Position numbers and translations under genes: made by a program. This document shows, piece after piece, positions 9,901 through 19,712 of a DNA stretch of 50,570 nucleotides. Every line of letters starts with the position of its first letter. The stretch's first letter is position 1. A model generated the notes under the pieces. That model had not been told where the DNA came from, searched no databases, and saw only the letters and a program-made list of their open reading frames with translations. The DNA lies in sequence record SRR31156797_11322; one strand, written 5' to 3'.

Positions 9901-10258
9901 AAATAATAATCCAAAATTAGGATACGAAATAGTCCATCAAGATGATGAAAAAACAATGTACTTGTTACCTCCTGATAATATGCCAATAAGTATTTTTCCA
10001 AAAATGGACCCTTTTACCAAGCACCAATTCAAATTATATAAAGGAGATAAAATATATTATTTCTCAGATGGTTACATTGATCAGTTTGGTGGTGAAAATG
10101 GGAAAAAGCTTTCAAAGAAAACATTTAATGAACTTATATTTAAAACCTCCGCCTTAAATATGTCGAAACAGCAACAAGAACTCGAAACCTTTTATCTTAA
10201 ATGGAAAGGAACCTTTGATAAAATTGATGATGTACTCGTTATGGGTATAGAAGTATAA
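6986..10258 (+). CDS. Membrane sensor phosphatase: periplasmic two-component-regulator beta-propeller repeats, Y_Y_Y domain, TM, coiled coil and SpoIIE/PP2C domain
   Basis: Signal peptide, repeated D..G.IW.GT..G blades, YTYKLKGLDKAW...YANIPPGRYTFMVK, PFWQKTWFY then TM, VSGDFY, DSTGHGVPG, FSDGYIDQFGG, IDDVLVMG. Confidence 0.9.
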   Translation: MFSTKIKILFAFLFIAFSVNGQIYNFQHLSVENGFPQANADDIIQDHQGFIWIATQVGAVRFDGQNYEIYNEKNGVASHLVSRIYCSSKNEIWIGTREGLSVKKRDTVISYYQKDGLPGNRIEHIWEDNYNTLWIMTDGGLVYFTNNEFIEVSLPIGDQIIKNHFSHNNDLYLSTNKGVLIQTGKYQFEKTMPEFSEYIIEAIVFQKDTIWVATFQNGLFKSANRKTRQFNNQSILKSNTITSLLLDSNNKLWVGTEGNGFFLREKNTFTPFSDKNGMHNTSVLKLSEDVEGNIWAGGRNGVIIYNPYNPFRHYREANQRSEETLFGMLQDKNGIYWFTTYGAGLSKFDGNSWTYYTKDDGLIDNRLFKIIEDKQHNKWIATSGHGVIKYNGKYFTTFDANNKFISDRIFTIIFDKKERLWGGSSNHGPFMFDGYTFTTYANSDSVPKTIMSCIEDTLGQIWFGSVGNGLVVYNGHKFLKPIITGEIQPTYIRSLALDSTGNIWLGSASEGVCRLIKTGDNQYSLISINRDRGLNSNNVYFVMADDKNQIWAGTEKGINKIILNKKQEIVEIQSYGRTEGFIGAETGINGAMIDNKGKLWFSSLIGATCYEPGIEKQNKIEPKTHITDLKLFYQKTNWKNYVDSLNENDLPINLSLTHKNNHLTFSFIGLSFTNSKKVKYTYKLKGLDKAWSPISNKTEAVYANIPPGRYTFMVKSSNNNGIWNKKPTTFSFEIEAPFWQKTWFYLLSVIILATVIFFYVQMRISSLKKAKITLAQKVKERTSEIEAQKQEIQEKNEELNQRTEEIAAQRDELNEQNIKIEKLFDEQTQSIKYAKHIQEAVLSSKEPLNKHFNDYFILFKPHSIVSGDFYYVAEVREWVIIAAVDSTGHGVPGGFMSMLGMSFLNEIVYPMEEIQSDVILNKLRKYIIRSLKQAGNPGEQKEGMEMSITAINTKTCECQFTGAQNPIFLIRSNNNPKLGYEIVHQDDEKTMYLLPPDNMPISIFPKMDPFTKHQFKLYKGDKIYYFSDGYIDQFGGENGKKLSKKTFNELIFKTSALNMSKQQQELETFYLKWKGTFDKIDDVLVMGIEV

Positions 10259-10269
10259 ATAACTTGCAC

Positions 10270-10277
10270 TATTTTTG
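10270..10277 (+). promoter_or_regulatory. Bacteroidota primary-sigma -7 element
   Basis: TATTTTTG (TAnnTTTG) 14 bp before the ygiQ ATG. Confidence 0.5.
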
Positions 10278-10291
10278 CTGAAAAGCCCAAT

Positions 10292-12124
10292 ATGACAATT
10301 AATTCTCCATTTTCACATGATAGCTGGCTACCCACAACCCTCAAAGAAGCAAAATACAGAGGTTGGGAAGATGTTGATGTAGTCCTATTTTCAGGGGATG
10401 CCTATGTGGATCATCCTGCTTTTGGTGCTGCTGTTATAGGACGTATAATAGAAGATGAAGGATTAAAAATAGCAATTGTACCTCAACCCAACTGGAAAGA
10501 TGACTTGAGAGATTTTAAGAAATTTGGCAAGCCAAATCTTTTTTTTGCTGTTACTTCAGGAAGTATGGATAGTATGGTTAATCACTATACTGCCGCTCGA
10601 AAAAAACGTAGTAACGATGCCTACACACCCGGAGGTAAAGCAGGTTTTAGACCCGACTATGCTGTTACAATATATAGTAATATTCTCAAAAATCTTTTCC
10701 CTGATGTGCCGGTTGTAATTGGCGGCGTAGAAGCCTCCCTGCGAAGATACACTCATTATGACTATTGGAGCGATCAGTTAAAACCATCTATTCTATACGA
10801 ATCAAAAGCAGATTTACTAGTATATGGTATGGGTGAAAAAACCATTAGAAGTATCTGTAAACTTATGCGCAAAGGTGTACCAATTGAAAATTTGGCAACA
10901 CTGCCTCAAACAGCTGTTCTAATATCAAATGATCAGCTCCCAAAATATAAGAAAGGAGAAGATATTTGGCTTAATAGTCACGAAGAATGCCTTGAATCGA
11001 AACAAAAGTTCGCTGAAAACTTCAAACATATTGAAATAGAAAGCAATAAAATAACCAGCAACAGAATATTACAATCCATCGAAGATAAAACTATTACAGT
11101 TTCTGCTCCTGAACCTCCTTATACTGAAAAAGAAATGGATGCCATATGGGATTTACCATTTACAAGACTACCTCATCCCAAGTATCACAAAAAAGAGCCT
11201 ATTCCGGCCTATGAAATGATTCGTCATTCTGTCAATTCCCATAGAGGTTGTTTTGGAGGTTGCAGTTTCTGCACCATTAGTGCGCATCAAGGTAAACAAG
11301 TTGTTAGTCGTTCAGAAAAAAGTGTGCTGAGTGAAATTCAGCAAATAACTCACATGAATGACTTTAAAGGATATATTTCAGACATTGGCGGACCATCAGC
11401 TAATATGTACAAAATGAAAGGTAAAGACATGAGCATTTGTCAAAAATGCCAAAGACCATCATGCATTTATCCAACCATATGTAAAAACCTAAATGATGAT
11501 CATGAACCTCTCCTTAATCTATACAAAAAAGCATCTCAAATTGAAGGAGTTAAAAAAGTAACGATAGGAAGTGGAATAAGATACGATATGCTTTTTGATA
11601 AAAATGGTATAATGACATCCCAAGGAAAAAGATATGCCAATCAGGTTATTAGACATCATGTGAGTGGTCGTTTAAAAGTTGCACCTGAACATTCACAAAC
11701 AACCGTTCTAAAGTGGATGCGTAAACCGGGATTTCATTTATTCAGAGAATTCCAAAAGTACTTTGAACAAGCCAATAAAAGCGCCGGACTTAAACAACAA
11801 CTCATACCCTATTTTATTTCAAGTCATCCTGGTTGTGCATGGGAAGATATGGCCGAACTGGCAATTGAGTCAAAAAAGCAAAGATTTCATATAGAGCAAG
11901 TACAGGACTTTACCCCCACTCCTATGACATTGGCTACTGTAATGTTTTATGCTGGTTTGGATCCATATACGCTTAAACCTGTAAAAATTGCCAAAAACTA
12001 TAAAGACAAGCAGCTGCAAAGAAGCTTCTTCTTTTGGCATAAACCAGCTGAAAGGAAGCAGATTACATCATTCCTTAATAAACATAAACGAAAAGATTTA
12101 TTTGACAGGCTAAACCGTAGTTAA
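10292..12124 (+). CDS. ygiQ: YgiQ (UPF0313) family radical SAM protein
   Basis: SGDAYVDHPAFG, DSMVNHYT, HRGCFGGCSFC (CxxxCxxC), GGPSANMY, LKVAPEH, QVQDFTPTPMT. Confidence 0.9.
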   Translation: MTINSPFSHDSWLPTTLKEAKYRGWEDVDVVLFSGDAYVDHPAFGAAVIGRIIEDEGLKIAIVPQPNWKDDLRDFKKFGKPNLFFAVTSGSMDSMVNHYTAARKKRSNDAYTPGGKAGFRPDYAVTIYSNILKNLFPDVPVVIGGVEASLRRYTHYDYWSDQLKPSILYESKADLLVYGMGEKTIRSICKLMRKGVPIENLATLPQTAVLISNDQLPKYKKGEDIWLNSHEECLESKQKFAENFKHIEIESNKITSNRILQSIEDKTITVSAPEPPYTEKEMDAIWDLPFTRLPHPKYHKKEPIPAYEMIRHSVNSHRGCFGGCSFCTISAHQGKQVVSRSEKSVLSEIQQITHMNDFKGYISDIGGPSANMYKMKGKDMSICQKCQRPSCIYPTICKNLNDDHEPLLNLYKKASQIEGVKKVTIGSGIRYDMLFDKNGIMTSQGKRYANQVIRHHVSGRLKVAPEHSQTTVLKWMRKPGFHLFREFQKYFEQANKSAGLKQQLIPYFISSHPGCAWEDMAELAIESKKQRFHIEQVQDFTPTPMTLATVMFYAGLDPYTLKPVKIAKNYKDKQLQRSFFFWHKPAERKQITSFLNKHKRKDLFDRLNRS

Positions 12125-12126
12125 AA

Positions 12127-13905
12127 CTATTCTTCAGAAAAATCCTGTAATATTTTACGATAGGTTGAAAACATATTCGCACGTGAAATAAAACCAACGT
12201 ATTTACCATCTCTTACCACAGGTAAGTTATAATGAGATGTCGTTTGAAACTTTTTAGCTACTTCTTCCATAGATTCATCTGGGTGTACAAGAGGCGAAGG
12301 CATATACATCAAATCCCTCATTTTGATCTTATCATATAAATCACGTTTCAAAATTATGTGCCTAATATCATTGATAAAAACAATTCCCTGAAGATTATTT
12401 TCTTTATCAATTACCGGAAATACATTACGTTGCGATTGTGTAACAATCTCTAAAAACTCACCTAACGTGGCATCTGCCAATACGGTTTTAAAATTCTTTT
12501 CAATTATGGCATCAATTGACATCATATTGAGTACTGACTTATCTTTATCATGCGTAATAAGCTCTTTTCGTTGAGCCAATTGATATGTATAGACTGAATT
12601 AGGTTGAAAATATTTTACAATAACATATGAAAAAATACTTGAAATCATCAACGGGACGAATAAACTATAACCGCCAGAAATATCTGCAATAAGGAAAATA
12701 GCGAAAAGGGGCGCATGCAAAACGCCTGCAATTAACCCTGCCATGCCAACCAGCGCAAAATTACGTTCCGATATTTCATGAAACCCAACCAAATTAGCCA
12801 TTTTTCCAAAAACCATTCCTGCATTCACTCCTATGAACAATGCAGGTGCAAATATTCCACCAACCCCTCCCGCACCAAAAGTTGAGGCTGTGGCAAATAC
12901 TTTAAGCAATGTAACTCCTAACAACAATAAAATTACTACCCAAATCTCATCTTGTAATCCAAAAAAGTAACTTCGATTAAATAAATAATCCAGATCACCA
13001 GATAGGCAACTATTTATTTCGTTATATCCCTCCCCGTATAATGATGGAAATAAAAATATCAATACACCAAGTATTAAACCCCCAGTTATAAGTCTTGAAT
13101 ATGCATTTCTGATACGTTCAAACCTATGATCCATAAAAAGGTATACCCGGGCAAAAAAAACTGATATTAAACCACTAAAAATGCCAAGCAAAACATAGTA
13201 GAACAGATCAATCAACTCAAAAGTAGAAACGACATCGAACTTATACAGGATATCATTTCCCATAAAGAAATAGGATGTTACCACAGCTGAAGCTGAGGCT
13301 ATAAGAAGTGGTATAAGGGAAGAAAATGTAAGATCGAGCATTAAAATCTCAAGGCTAAATACTATACCAGCAATGGGCGCATTAAAAATGGCAGCAACCG
13401 CACCTGAAGAAGCACAACCCATAAGGGTAACTATTTGCTTTCTATTTAGCTTGAATGCTCTACCAACATTTGATCCAATAGCTGCTCCGGTTCCGACAAT
13501 TGGCCCCTCCAGCCCTACTGAACCTCCAAATCCAACAGTAAATGTGCTGGTAATTAACGAAGAAAATGTTTTATGTTTTTCCAAATAGCCATTATTTCTG
13601 GAAATAGCATGTAGAATCCCAGGAACTCCATGTCCCACTGAGCGTCTTAATATATACCGAATGAAAACAATCGTAAGAAATATTCCGACAATAGGCGAAA
13701 CAATGTAGATGTAGTTTTGATATTCATCATAAGAGAATGAATGCAGTCCATGACTTATAAAATGAACCATATACTTTAGAATAACAGCAGCAAATCCGGC
13801 AGCTAACCCAACAAGTGCAGCTAATAAACCCATCAATTGTTTCTTAGACAAATGGTTGACTATCCACAAATAAAGTCGATTTGCTGTATTTTTATTCTGA
13901 AGCAT
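12127..13905 (-). CDS. ClC family chloride channel/transporter with C-terminal CBS pair
   Basis: GHGVP, GGSVGLEGP, FNAPIAG, GGIFAP motifs, many TM helices, FPVID and LPVV CBS motifs. Confidence 0.92.
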   Translation of the reverse strand: MLQNKNTANRLYLWIVNHLSKKQLMGLLAALVGLAAGFAAVILKYMVHFISHGLHSFSYDEYQNYIYIVSPIVGIFLTIVFIRYILRRSVGHGVPGILHAISRNNGYLEKHKTFSSLITSTFTVGFGGSVGLEGPIVGTGAAIGSNVGRAFKLNRKQIVTLMGCASSGAVAAIFNAPIAGIVFSLEILMLDLTFSSLIPLLIASASAVVTSYFFMGNDILYKFDVVSTFELIDLFYYVLLGIFSGLISVFFARVYLFMDHRFERIRNAYSRLITGGLILGVLIFLFPSLYGEGYNEINSCLSGDLDYLFNRSYFFGLQDEIWVVILLLLGVTLLKVFATASTFGAGGVGGIFAPALFIGVNAGMVFGKMANLVGFHEISERNFALVGMAGLIAGVLHAPLFAIFLIADISGGYSLFVPLMISSIFSYVIVKYFQPNSVYTYQLAQRKELITHDKDKSVLNMMSIDAIIEKNFKTVLADATLGEFLEIVTQSQRNVFPVIDKENNLQGIVFINDIRHIILKRDLYDKIKMRDLMYMPSPLVHPDESMEEVAKKFQTTSHYNLPVVRDGKYVGFISRANMFSTYRKILQDFSEE

Positions 13906-13988
13906 TATAAAAAATGAATGTTTTGCGAAATTATAAAATCTATTCTAAAAAGTCTCTTAAAGCTTGAATAATAAAATAATTTGGACAT

Positions 13989-14017
13989 AAAAAAAGGCTT
14001 CCATTTAGAAGCCTTTT
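13989..14017 (-). terminator. Intrinsic terminator after floA
   Basis: AAAAGGCTTC-cattta-GAAGCCTTTT hairpin with a 7-A tract on the left (U tract on the minus strand). Confidence 0.75.
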
Positions 14018-14026
14018 ATATAAAAT

Positions 14027-15010
14027 TTAAGATCTAATTTCGTCTGGATCAGGATCATCTTCTGATATTGAATCCCTCATATTCGTATCGGCTTCAATAT
14101 TTTTCATTCTATAATAATCCATTATACCCATATTTCCTGCTCGGAATGCTTCAGACATTGCTTTAGGAACCTCAGCTTCAGCTTCAATTACTTTTGCCCG
14201 CATTTCTTGAGCCAGCGCTTTCATTTCTTGTTCTTGTGCAACTGCCATAGCTCTTCTCTCCTCAGCTTTTGCCTGTGCAATATTTTTATCAGCATTTGCT
14301 TGATCCATTTGAAGTACGGCACCAATGTTTTTACCTATATCAATATCTGCGATATCAATAGAAAGAATCTCAAATGCAGTTCCTGCATCCAAACCTTTCT
14401 CAAGTACAACACGGGAAATGGAATCTGGATTTTCCAAAACTGCTTTATGCGAATCTGCTGATCCAATTGATGACACACATCCTTCACCTACTCTTGCAAG
14501 CACAGTATCTTCACCAGCACCACCAACTAGTTGTTTAATATTAGCACGAACAGTTACTCTTGCTTTACAAATTAACTGAATACCATCTTTTGCCACAGCT
14601 GTAACAGGAGGCGTATCAATTACTTTAGGATTAACTGACATTTGAACAGCTTCAAGCACATTTCGGCCGGCCAAATCAATAGCTGTAGCCATATTAAATG
14701 ACAAATCAATATTTGCTTTATCAGCAGAAACTAATGCATTGACTACTAAAGGTACATTTCCTCTAGCCAAATAATGTGCTTCTAATTTATCTCTATCTAG
14801 TTTTAAACCTGCTTTAGAAGATGTAACCAGTGCACTCAGAATAACTGATGGTGGTACTTTTCTGATTCGCATAGCAATAAGCTGTCCAATTGGTACATAT
14901 ACTTTTGCAAAAAGTGCTGAGAACCATTGTCCAAGTGGCACAAAATAAAAGAAAATCCAAAGTACTACGACTAAGGCAATTCCAAAAATGATAATGTAGG
15001 TTGTATCCAT
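14027..15010 (-). CDS. floA: Flotillin-like protein FloA (YqfA family)
   Basis: [60 protein letters not shown]. Confidence 0.93.
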   Translation of the reverse strand: MDTTYIIIFGIALVVVLWIFFYFVPLGQWFSALFAKVYVPIGQLIAMRIRKVPPSVILSALVTSSKAGLKLDRDKLEAHYLARGNVPLVVNALVSADKANIDLSFNMATAIDLAGRNVLEAVQMSVNPKVIDTPPVTAVAKDGIQLICKARVTVRANIKQLVGGAGEDTVLARVGEGCVSSIGSADSHKAVLENPDSISRVVLEKGLDAGTAFEILSIDIADIDIGKNIGAVLQMDQANADKNIAQAKAEERRAMAVAQEQEMKALAQEMRAKVIEAEAEVPKAMSEAFRAGNMGIMDYYRMKNIEADTNMRDSISEDDPDPDEIRS

Positions 15011-15012
15011 AA

Positions 15013-15489
15013 CTATTTATTTAATTGTTTCACAATAATTTTATTAAAAGCAACTTTACTTACTTTAACTGGTGTATGTTCATCAATATAACCTTCATAA
15101 GACTGCGCTTCGTAATATTTCTTATTGATTTTAACACGGCCCATGGGATTTAACCTTGAAACGGTTTCACCTTCATCACCTACTTTTACCTCATCTGCGT
15201 CTTCTGTCTGACGTATAACACCTTCAATATTGGTTTTTAATCCAAATTTTTTCCAGGTTCCAGAGCGAATTGCCCAAATAAAACTCACAAGAAAAAATAC
15301 TAATGAACCTGAAAGCACCCAATTACCGGTGACACTTCCAAATGTTTCATATGCCATGTAAATACCTACACCCATAAAAATAATACCACCTATGGCAGCA
15401 ATGGAAGTACCAGGTATTACAAGAAATTCAAGAAGTAATAATATTACCCCAATAAGAATTAAAATTATAACTGCAATTGTAGATCCCAT
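15013..15489 (-). CDS. Short NfeD family membrane protein (TM helices plus OB fold)
   Basis: LLEFLVIPG, three hydrophobic segments, [16 protein letters not shown]...YEAQS OB motif. Lies directly upstream of floA. Confidence 0.88.
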   Translation of the reverse strand: MGSTIAVIILILIGVILLLLEFLVIPGTSIAAIGGIIFMGVGIYMAYETFGSVTGNWVLSGSLVFFLVSFIWAIRSGTWKKFGLKTNIEGVIRQTEDADEVKVGDEGETVSRLNPMGRVKINKKYYEAQSYEGYIDEHTPVKVSKVAFNKIIVKQLNK

Positions 15490-15767
15490 TATTCAATTGT
15501 TACGGATAATCCACGTTGAATCAAACTGTTTCTCATTGGCTTTAAATAATCGTAAGAACCTACCTTCACATCACATTTCCCTTTATAATGTGTGATATAG
15601 GCACATTGTTCAGCTTGCTCACTATCATGTTCACATACTTCTACTAATGAGTCAATTACAAAATCGAAAGTATTTATATCGTCGTTATGTAACAACAATA
15701 TACGTTCTTCCAATTCATCATTGAATTCTAGCTGACGTTCCTTAGGGTTAATTTCAGAACCTTTCAT
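15489..15767 (-). CDS. clpS: ATP-dependent Clp protease adaptor ClpS
   Basis: LLHNDDINTFDFVIDSL...AEQCAYITHYKGKCDV...GLSVTIE. Confidence 0.9.
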   Translation of the reverse strand: MKGSEINPKERQLEFNDELEERILLLHNDDINTFDFVIDSLVEVCEHDSEQAEQCAYITHYKGKCDVKVGSYDYLKPMRNSLIQRGLSVTIE

Positions 15768-15927
15768 TTTATTCAAATTTTATTAAAATCAAATACGTAA
15801 AACGCATTTAGTCAATTAACAAAAATAGCACTTTTTAAGGAAAACTAACAATATTAAACTAAATAAGGCTTTAAAATCCAGGTTAATTTCATTATTCATG
15901 AAAAATAAACCAACTTTGCAAATAATT

Positions 15928-16194
15928 ATGGAATGTAGAATAGGTTGCGGAGCATGTTGCATTGCTCCAAGTATTTCATCCCCAATACCTGGTATGCCAA
16001 ACGGAAAACCTGCCGGGGTGAAGTGTGTTCAGCTATCAGAAGACAATCAATGTATGATATTTGGATCACCTGAAAGACCTAAGGTTTGTTCTCAATTTAA
16101 AGCAGAACCTGAAGTTTGTGGTAATTCCAGAGAAGAGGCTTTACAAATTCTAAGTGATCTGGAAAATGGTCTTACTCATTCTGACGCTGAATAA
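15928..16194 (+). CDS. YkgJ/CxxCxxCC family cysteine-cluster protein
   Basis: [34 protein letters not shown]...C...RPKVC. Confidence 0.88.
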   Translation: MECRIGCGACCIAPSISSPIPGMPNGKPAGVKCVQLSEDNQCMIFGSPERPKVCSQFKAEPEVCGNSREEALQILSDLENGLTHSDAE

Positions 16195-16997
16195 ATAAGC
16201 AAACTTTGATTTATTGCTGAATTTTCAGAAGTTACATATATAGTATCATTCACTACAGTTATTCCTTCAACCTGATACTTATAATTTTGCTCAAGAGGCT
16301 TCCGAAATAAAAATGATTCAGTATTATTTTTTTCATACTTCCATATAATTGGAACATAGTCTTTATATCCAATGAAATAAAAATACTCCCCAAAGCAAGT
16401 TGCATCAGTAATTAGGCCCTCAGCATTTAGAAATCCAAGAAAATTGGCTTTTTGCTTACCTTCTTGGATTTTTAATTCATATTGTGAGCCAACAAGTCCT
16501 TTCCAATCTTTTGTAAATAAAAAAATTGAGGTGTCAGTAGCTACCATAGCCTCACAGTCATATGATGTTTTCCATTGAGTTTTTATCCAACTACTTTGCT
16601 CAGGGTATTCATATTGAATTATAAAATCAACTTTCGCTTCTTGTTTTGAAAGTTGATTTAACCTAATAGCATAAATTGTTAGATCTTTTCGTGAACCAAA
16701 ATTATTTCCAAAGTCACCTATAAATAAATGTGTTTTATTTATTGCAAGGGCTTCCCAATCCTTATTCCTGGCATTTAATATTTGAACCTCTTTACGCAGT
16801 TCTCCATTTCGATTAAAACCATAGATCGTGGGTTCTCCCCCACTATCATTGATGGTCCAAAAAAGGTTGTCATGACTTATAAGCGCAGAAGTCTCATTTA
16901 ACAATTGAGGTAATTCAGCAACCAAAACAAGCTTTGATTGACCAAATAGACTTAATTTGATCAAGAGAAACAGAACTAAGATATATATCACTCTCAT
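16176..16997 (-). CDS. Exported hypothetical protein, probable beta-propeller
   Basis: Signal peptide and repeated acidic blade motifs ETSAL, NDSGG, DWEAL, IGDFGNN, DCEAM, ITDA, QVEGI. Confidence 0.7.
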   Translation of the reverse strand: MRVIYILVLFLLIKLSLFGQSKLVLVAELPQLLNETSALISHDNLFWTINDSGGEPTIYGFNRNGELRKEVQILNARNKDWEALAINKTHLFIGDFGNNFGSRKDLTIYAIRLNQLSKQEAKVDFIIQYEYPEQSSWIKTQWKTSYDCEAMVATDTSIFLFTKDWKGLVGSQYELKIQEGKQKANFLGFLNAEGLITDATCFGEYFYFIGYKDYVPIIWKYEKNNTESFLFRKPLEQNYKYQVEGITVVNDTIYVTSENSAINQSLLIYSASE

Positions 16998-17000
16998 ATC

Positions 17001-17546
17001 TTACCTTACGGGCATTAGATAAATGATATTTTTATGCTGCATTTCATAAATCTCAATAATTTCACGTTCCTCGATATTATGCATTTTCCTATACTTTTTA
17101 AAAGCAGGAAAAACTTTCATGGCTCCAATCATTATCGAAAAACGGCTCACATATGGAAAGGCGGTATATATAAATTCCGGATTTGCAATTTGCTTAAATT
17201 CCAATCCGTCAATTTTTGGGGTAACTGAATCAGGCAGAATAAATCCTACCTCACTACGAAGATCGTTTCTTTTAGTTTTTCTAGGATTGTCATAATATAT
17301 TGTAGCAGGACTTACAATAGGAACTCCGGAATCTTTGAGTTTTCCCATGACATCTTCCAGAATTAACATATTTTTCTGATAATCACCCTTATGAAACATA
17401 TAAACAAAGTTCAGTTTTCTAAATGGTCCTTGCTTAACAGTAATTTTCTTAAATAATCGATGATACATCATGATGCCCATTGCAGCAAGAAACAATACTA
17501 GTAGTATGATCAATAAAATGAAGATTTGTTTTAATACTGGAGTCAT
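17001..17546 (-). CDS. N-terminally membrane-anchored GyrI-like domain protein (TEX264-like)
   Basis: N-terminal TM helix, HKGDY, IYYDNP, LRSEVG, TAFPY, EIY motifs. Confidence 0.8.
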   Translation of the reverse strand: MTPVLKQIFILLIILLVLFLAAMGIMMYHRLFKKITVKQGPFRKLNFVYMFHKGDYQKNMLILEDVMGKLKDSGVPIVSPATIYYDNPRKTKRNDLRSEVGFILPDSVTPKIDGLEFKQIANPEFIYTAFPYVSRFSIMIGAMKVFPAFKKYRKMHNIEEREIIEIYEMQHKNIIYLMPVR

Positions 17547-19693
17547 TAATTCAGAAATTTACCAATTATTTTTAGGAATAGTTTTAGCTTCACCGGTTTA
17601 TAAATTATATCATCGCAACCTGCTTTATTAGCCTTATCCTCTATTTCGTCAATATTTAATGCTGTTTGGGCAACAACTGGAAGTTTTTTATTATGTTCCT
17701 TAATAAGTTCTGTTGCCTCAAAACCATCCATTTCCGGCATATTGATGTCCATCAGTACCAAATCTATATCATTGTGTTTTTTAGCCAACTCTACCGCTTC
17801 TTTCCCATTTCTGGCTCTTAGTAACTGAACCTCTGTAACACGGAGGGCTTCAACCAGGAATAAATAGTTAGCTTCTGTATCTTCTGCTATCAAAATTTTC
17901 TTATTCGCCCAAGCATTATCAAAATGTTCTACTTTCTTTTGCTCTTTAAAATTCATTTTGATTCCCATCACCAAGATATCATCAACCTGTGCATGACCTT
18001 TCTTCCATTCCATGATGGTCCGATCAAGAATATGTTTCTGCTTATCGAAACCAAGTTTATGAATTTCAAGCAACATACTTTTAAACCGTTTTACCATAAA
18101 CTTACGACCCAATGATCCGCCAAATTGATCCTGATAGCCATCAGAAAACAAGTAAATAATATCATCAGGTTTAGTTATTATGGAGTGGTTTAAAAACTCT
18201 TCTTTGGCGCTAGGACCATAACTAATTGACATTGGATCACCATTAAATATTTGCATTTCTCCATCTCGAATTAGGAAAAGGGGATTATTGGCGCCGGAAT
18301 ATTGAAGTTCTCCAGTTACTTTATCAATAACTACTAATGAAATATCCATACCATCCTTTGCCTCATGTACACTACCTTTTTGGTGTAATGATTTAATTAC
18401 ATATTCACGCAAATTCATTAATATTTCGCTTGACTGCAGTGATCTTACGTGCTTGTTTTCTATAATTTTATTTACAATCTCATTGAGGAATGCAATCCCT
18501 AACATACTCATAAAGGCACCTGGCACGCCATGGCCGGTACAATCAGCTGCAGCAATAATCAATTTTTCGTTTTTCTCCGTCATCCAATAGAAATCACCGG
18601 AAACGATATCGCGTGGCTTAAATAACACGAAATAATCGTTAATATATTTCTCGAATGTTTCCTCTGGGGGTAAAACTGCACTCTGTATTCTTTGGGCATA
18701 TTGAATACTAGCACGAATTTTCTCACTCTGCTTCTGAATTTCATCTCTTTGAGAGGCAATCTCTTTATTTTTAGATGCTAACTGAATATTCGCTTTTTTC
18801 GTCTTTTTAACCTGTTGGAATATAAAAAATGCGAAAGCAAGTACAATAATGGCTATTCCAAGTAATAAATAACGAATAATTGCTTCGCTTCTAAGTTGGG
18901 CCTCCATTTGCTTTTGTTGCTCATCTTTCAACCTTATTATCTCTTTCTGTTCCTGAGACTGTTTTTCAACCTTTTTAAGGGTGTCAGCGGTAGCTTTGAG
19001 CCTGATTCTTTCTTCACTCAATTCAGCTTCCGTTTTTTGTTTATCAGCTACTGCTTTACTAACTTCTTGCTGAGATTGTTGCTTTACTTGCTCCATCTCC
19101 TGTTTCTTGAGATGCTGATCAAAAGAGGCATACAGGTTGAAATATTTCATTGTTTCTTCTGTATTACCCAATTTCTTATGGATATCAGCCAGCATACCAT
19201 AACAAGAGCGCACAAGTTTCATCTGATTCAATTCTTGTGCTAATTTCAAAGCATTTTCTGTTGCTTTTAAGGCTTCATTATTATTGCCAGTAGTTTGGTG
19301 AACTACAGCGATATTCATATAAGTACTTGCTGTTGCAGCTTTATTATTTTGATTTTTGGCAATTTTTAAAGACTCATTAAATGAGCTTAATGCTTTATTA
19401 TATTGGGATAAGTCTGAATAAACTAAACCTAAATTTGTTTGCACATTACGAATTGCAGCTGTATTATTATTGCTTCTCGAAATGGATAGTAGCTCCTCAT
19501 AATTTTTAGCTGCCAAATCGAGCTGATTATTATTCCAATAGTGATAGGCTATTTTATTCAAATAGTATGTAACCTGATTGGTATTTCCGGCAGCCTTATT
19601 CTCTTCATATTTCTTTTTAAGCTCGTCAATAGATTGACCTAATAGTGAAAAGGCAAGAAAAAAGGCTAATGCCGTTAAAAAAATCTTCTTCAT
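17546..19693 (-). CDS. Sensor phosphatase: extracytoplasmic TPR, TM, SpoIIE/PP2C and C-terminal receiver domain
   Basis: Signal peptide, TPR repeats (NLGLVYSDLSQYNKALSSF), TM, VSGDFYW, DCTGHGVPGA, DGMDIS, SDGYQDQFGG, VDDILV, then IAEDT...LMDINMPEMDG...YKP. Confidence 0.9.
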   Translation of the reverse strand: MKKIFLTALAFFLAFSLLGQSIDELKKKYEENKAAGNTNQVTYYLNKIAYHYWNNNQLDLAAKNYEELLSISRSNNNTAAIRNVQTNLGLVYSDLSQYNKALSSFNESLKIAKNQNNKAATASTYMNIAVVHQTTGNNNEALKATENALKLAQELNQMKLVRSCYGMLADIHKKLGNTEETMKYFNLYASFDQHLKKQEMEQVKQQSQQEVSKAVADKQKTEAELSEERIRLKATADTLKKVEKQSQEQKEIIRLKDEQQKQMEAQLRSEAIIRYLLLGIAIIVLAFAFFIFQQVKKTKKANIQLASKNKEIASQRDEIQKQSEKIRASIQYAQRIQSAVLPPEETFEKYINDYFVLFKPRDIVSGDFYWMTEKNEKLIIAAADCTGHGVPGAFMSMLGIAFLNEIVNKIIENKHVRSLQSSEILMNLREYVIKSLHQKGSVHEAKDGMDISLVVIDKVTGELQYSGANNPLFLIRDGEMQIFNGDPMSISYGPSAKEEFLNHSIITKPDDIIYLFSDGYQDQFGGSLGRKFMVKRFKSMLLEIHKLGFDKQKHILDRTIMEWKKGHAQVDDILVMGIKMNFKEQKKVEHFDNAWANKKILIAEDTEANYLFLVEALRVTEVQLLRARNGKEAVELAKKHNDIDLVLMDINMPEMDGFEATELIKEHNKKLPVVAQTALNIDEIEDKANKAGCDDIIYKPVKLKLFLKIIGKFLN

Positions 19694-19712
19694 AATTGGT
19701 TTATTAGTCTGC

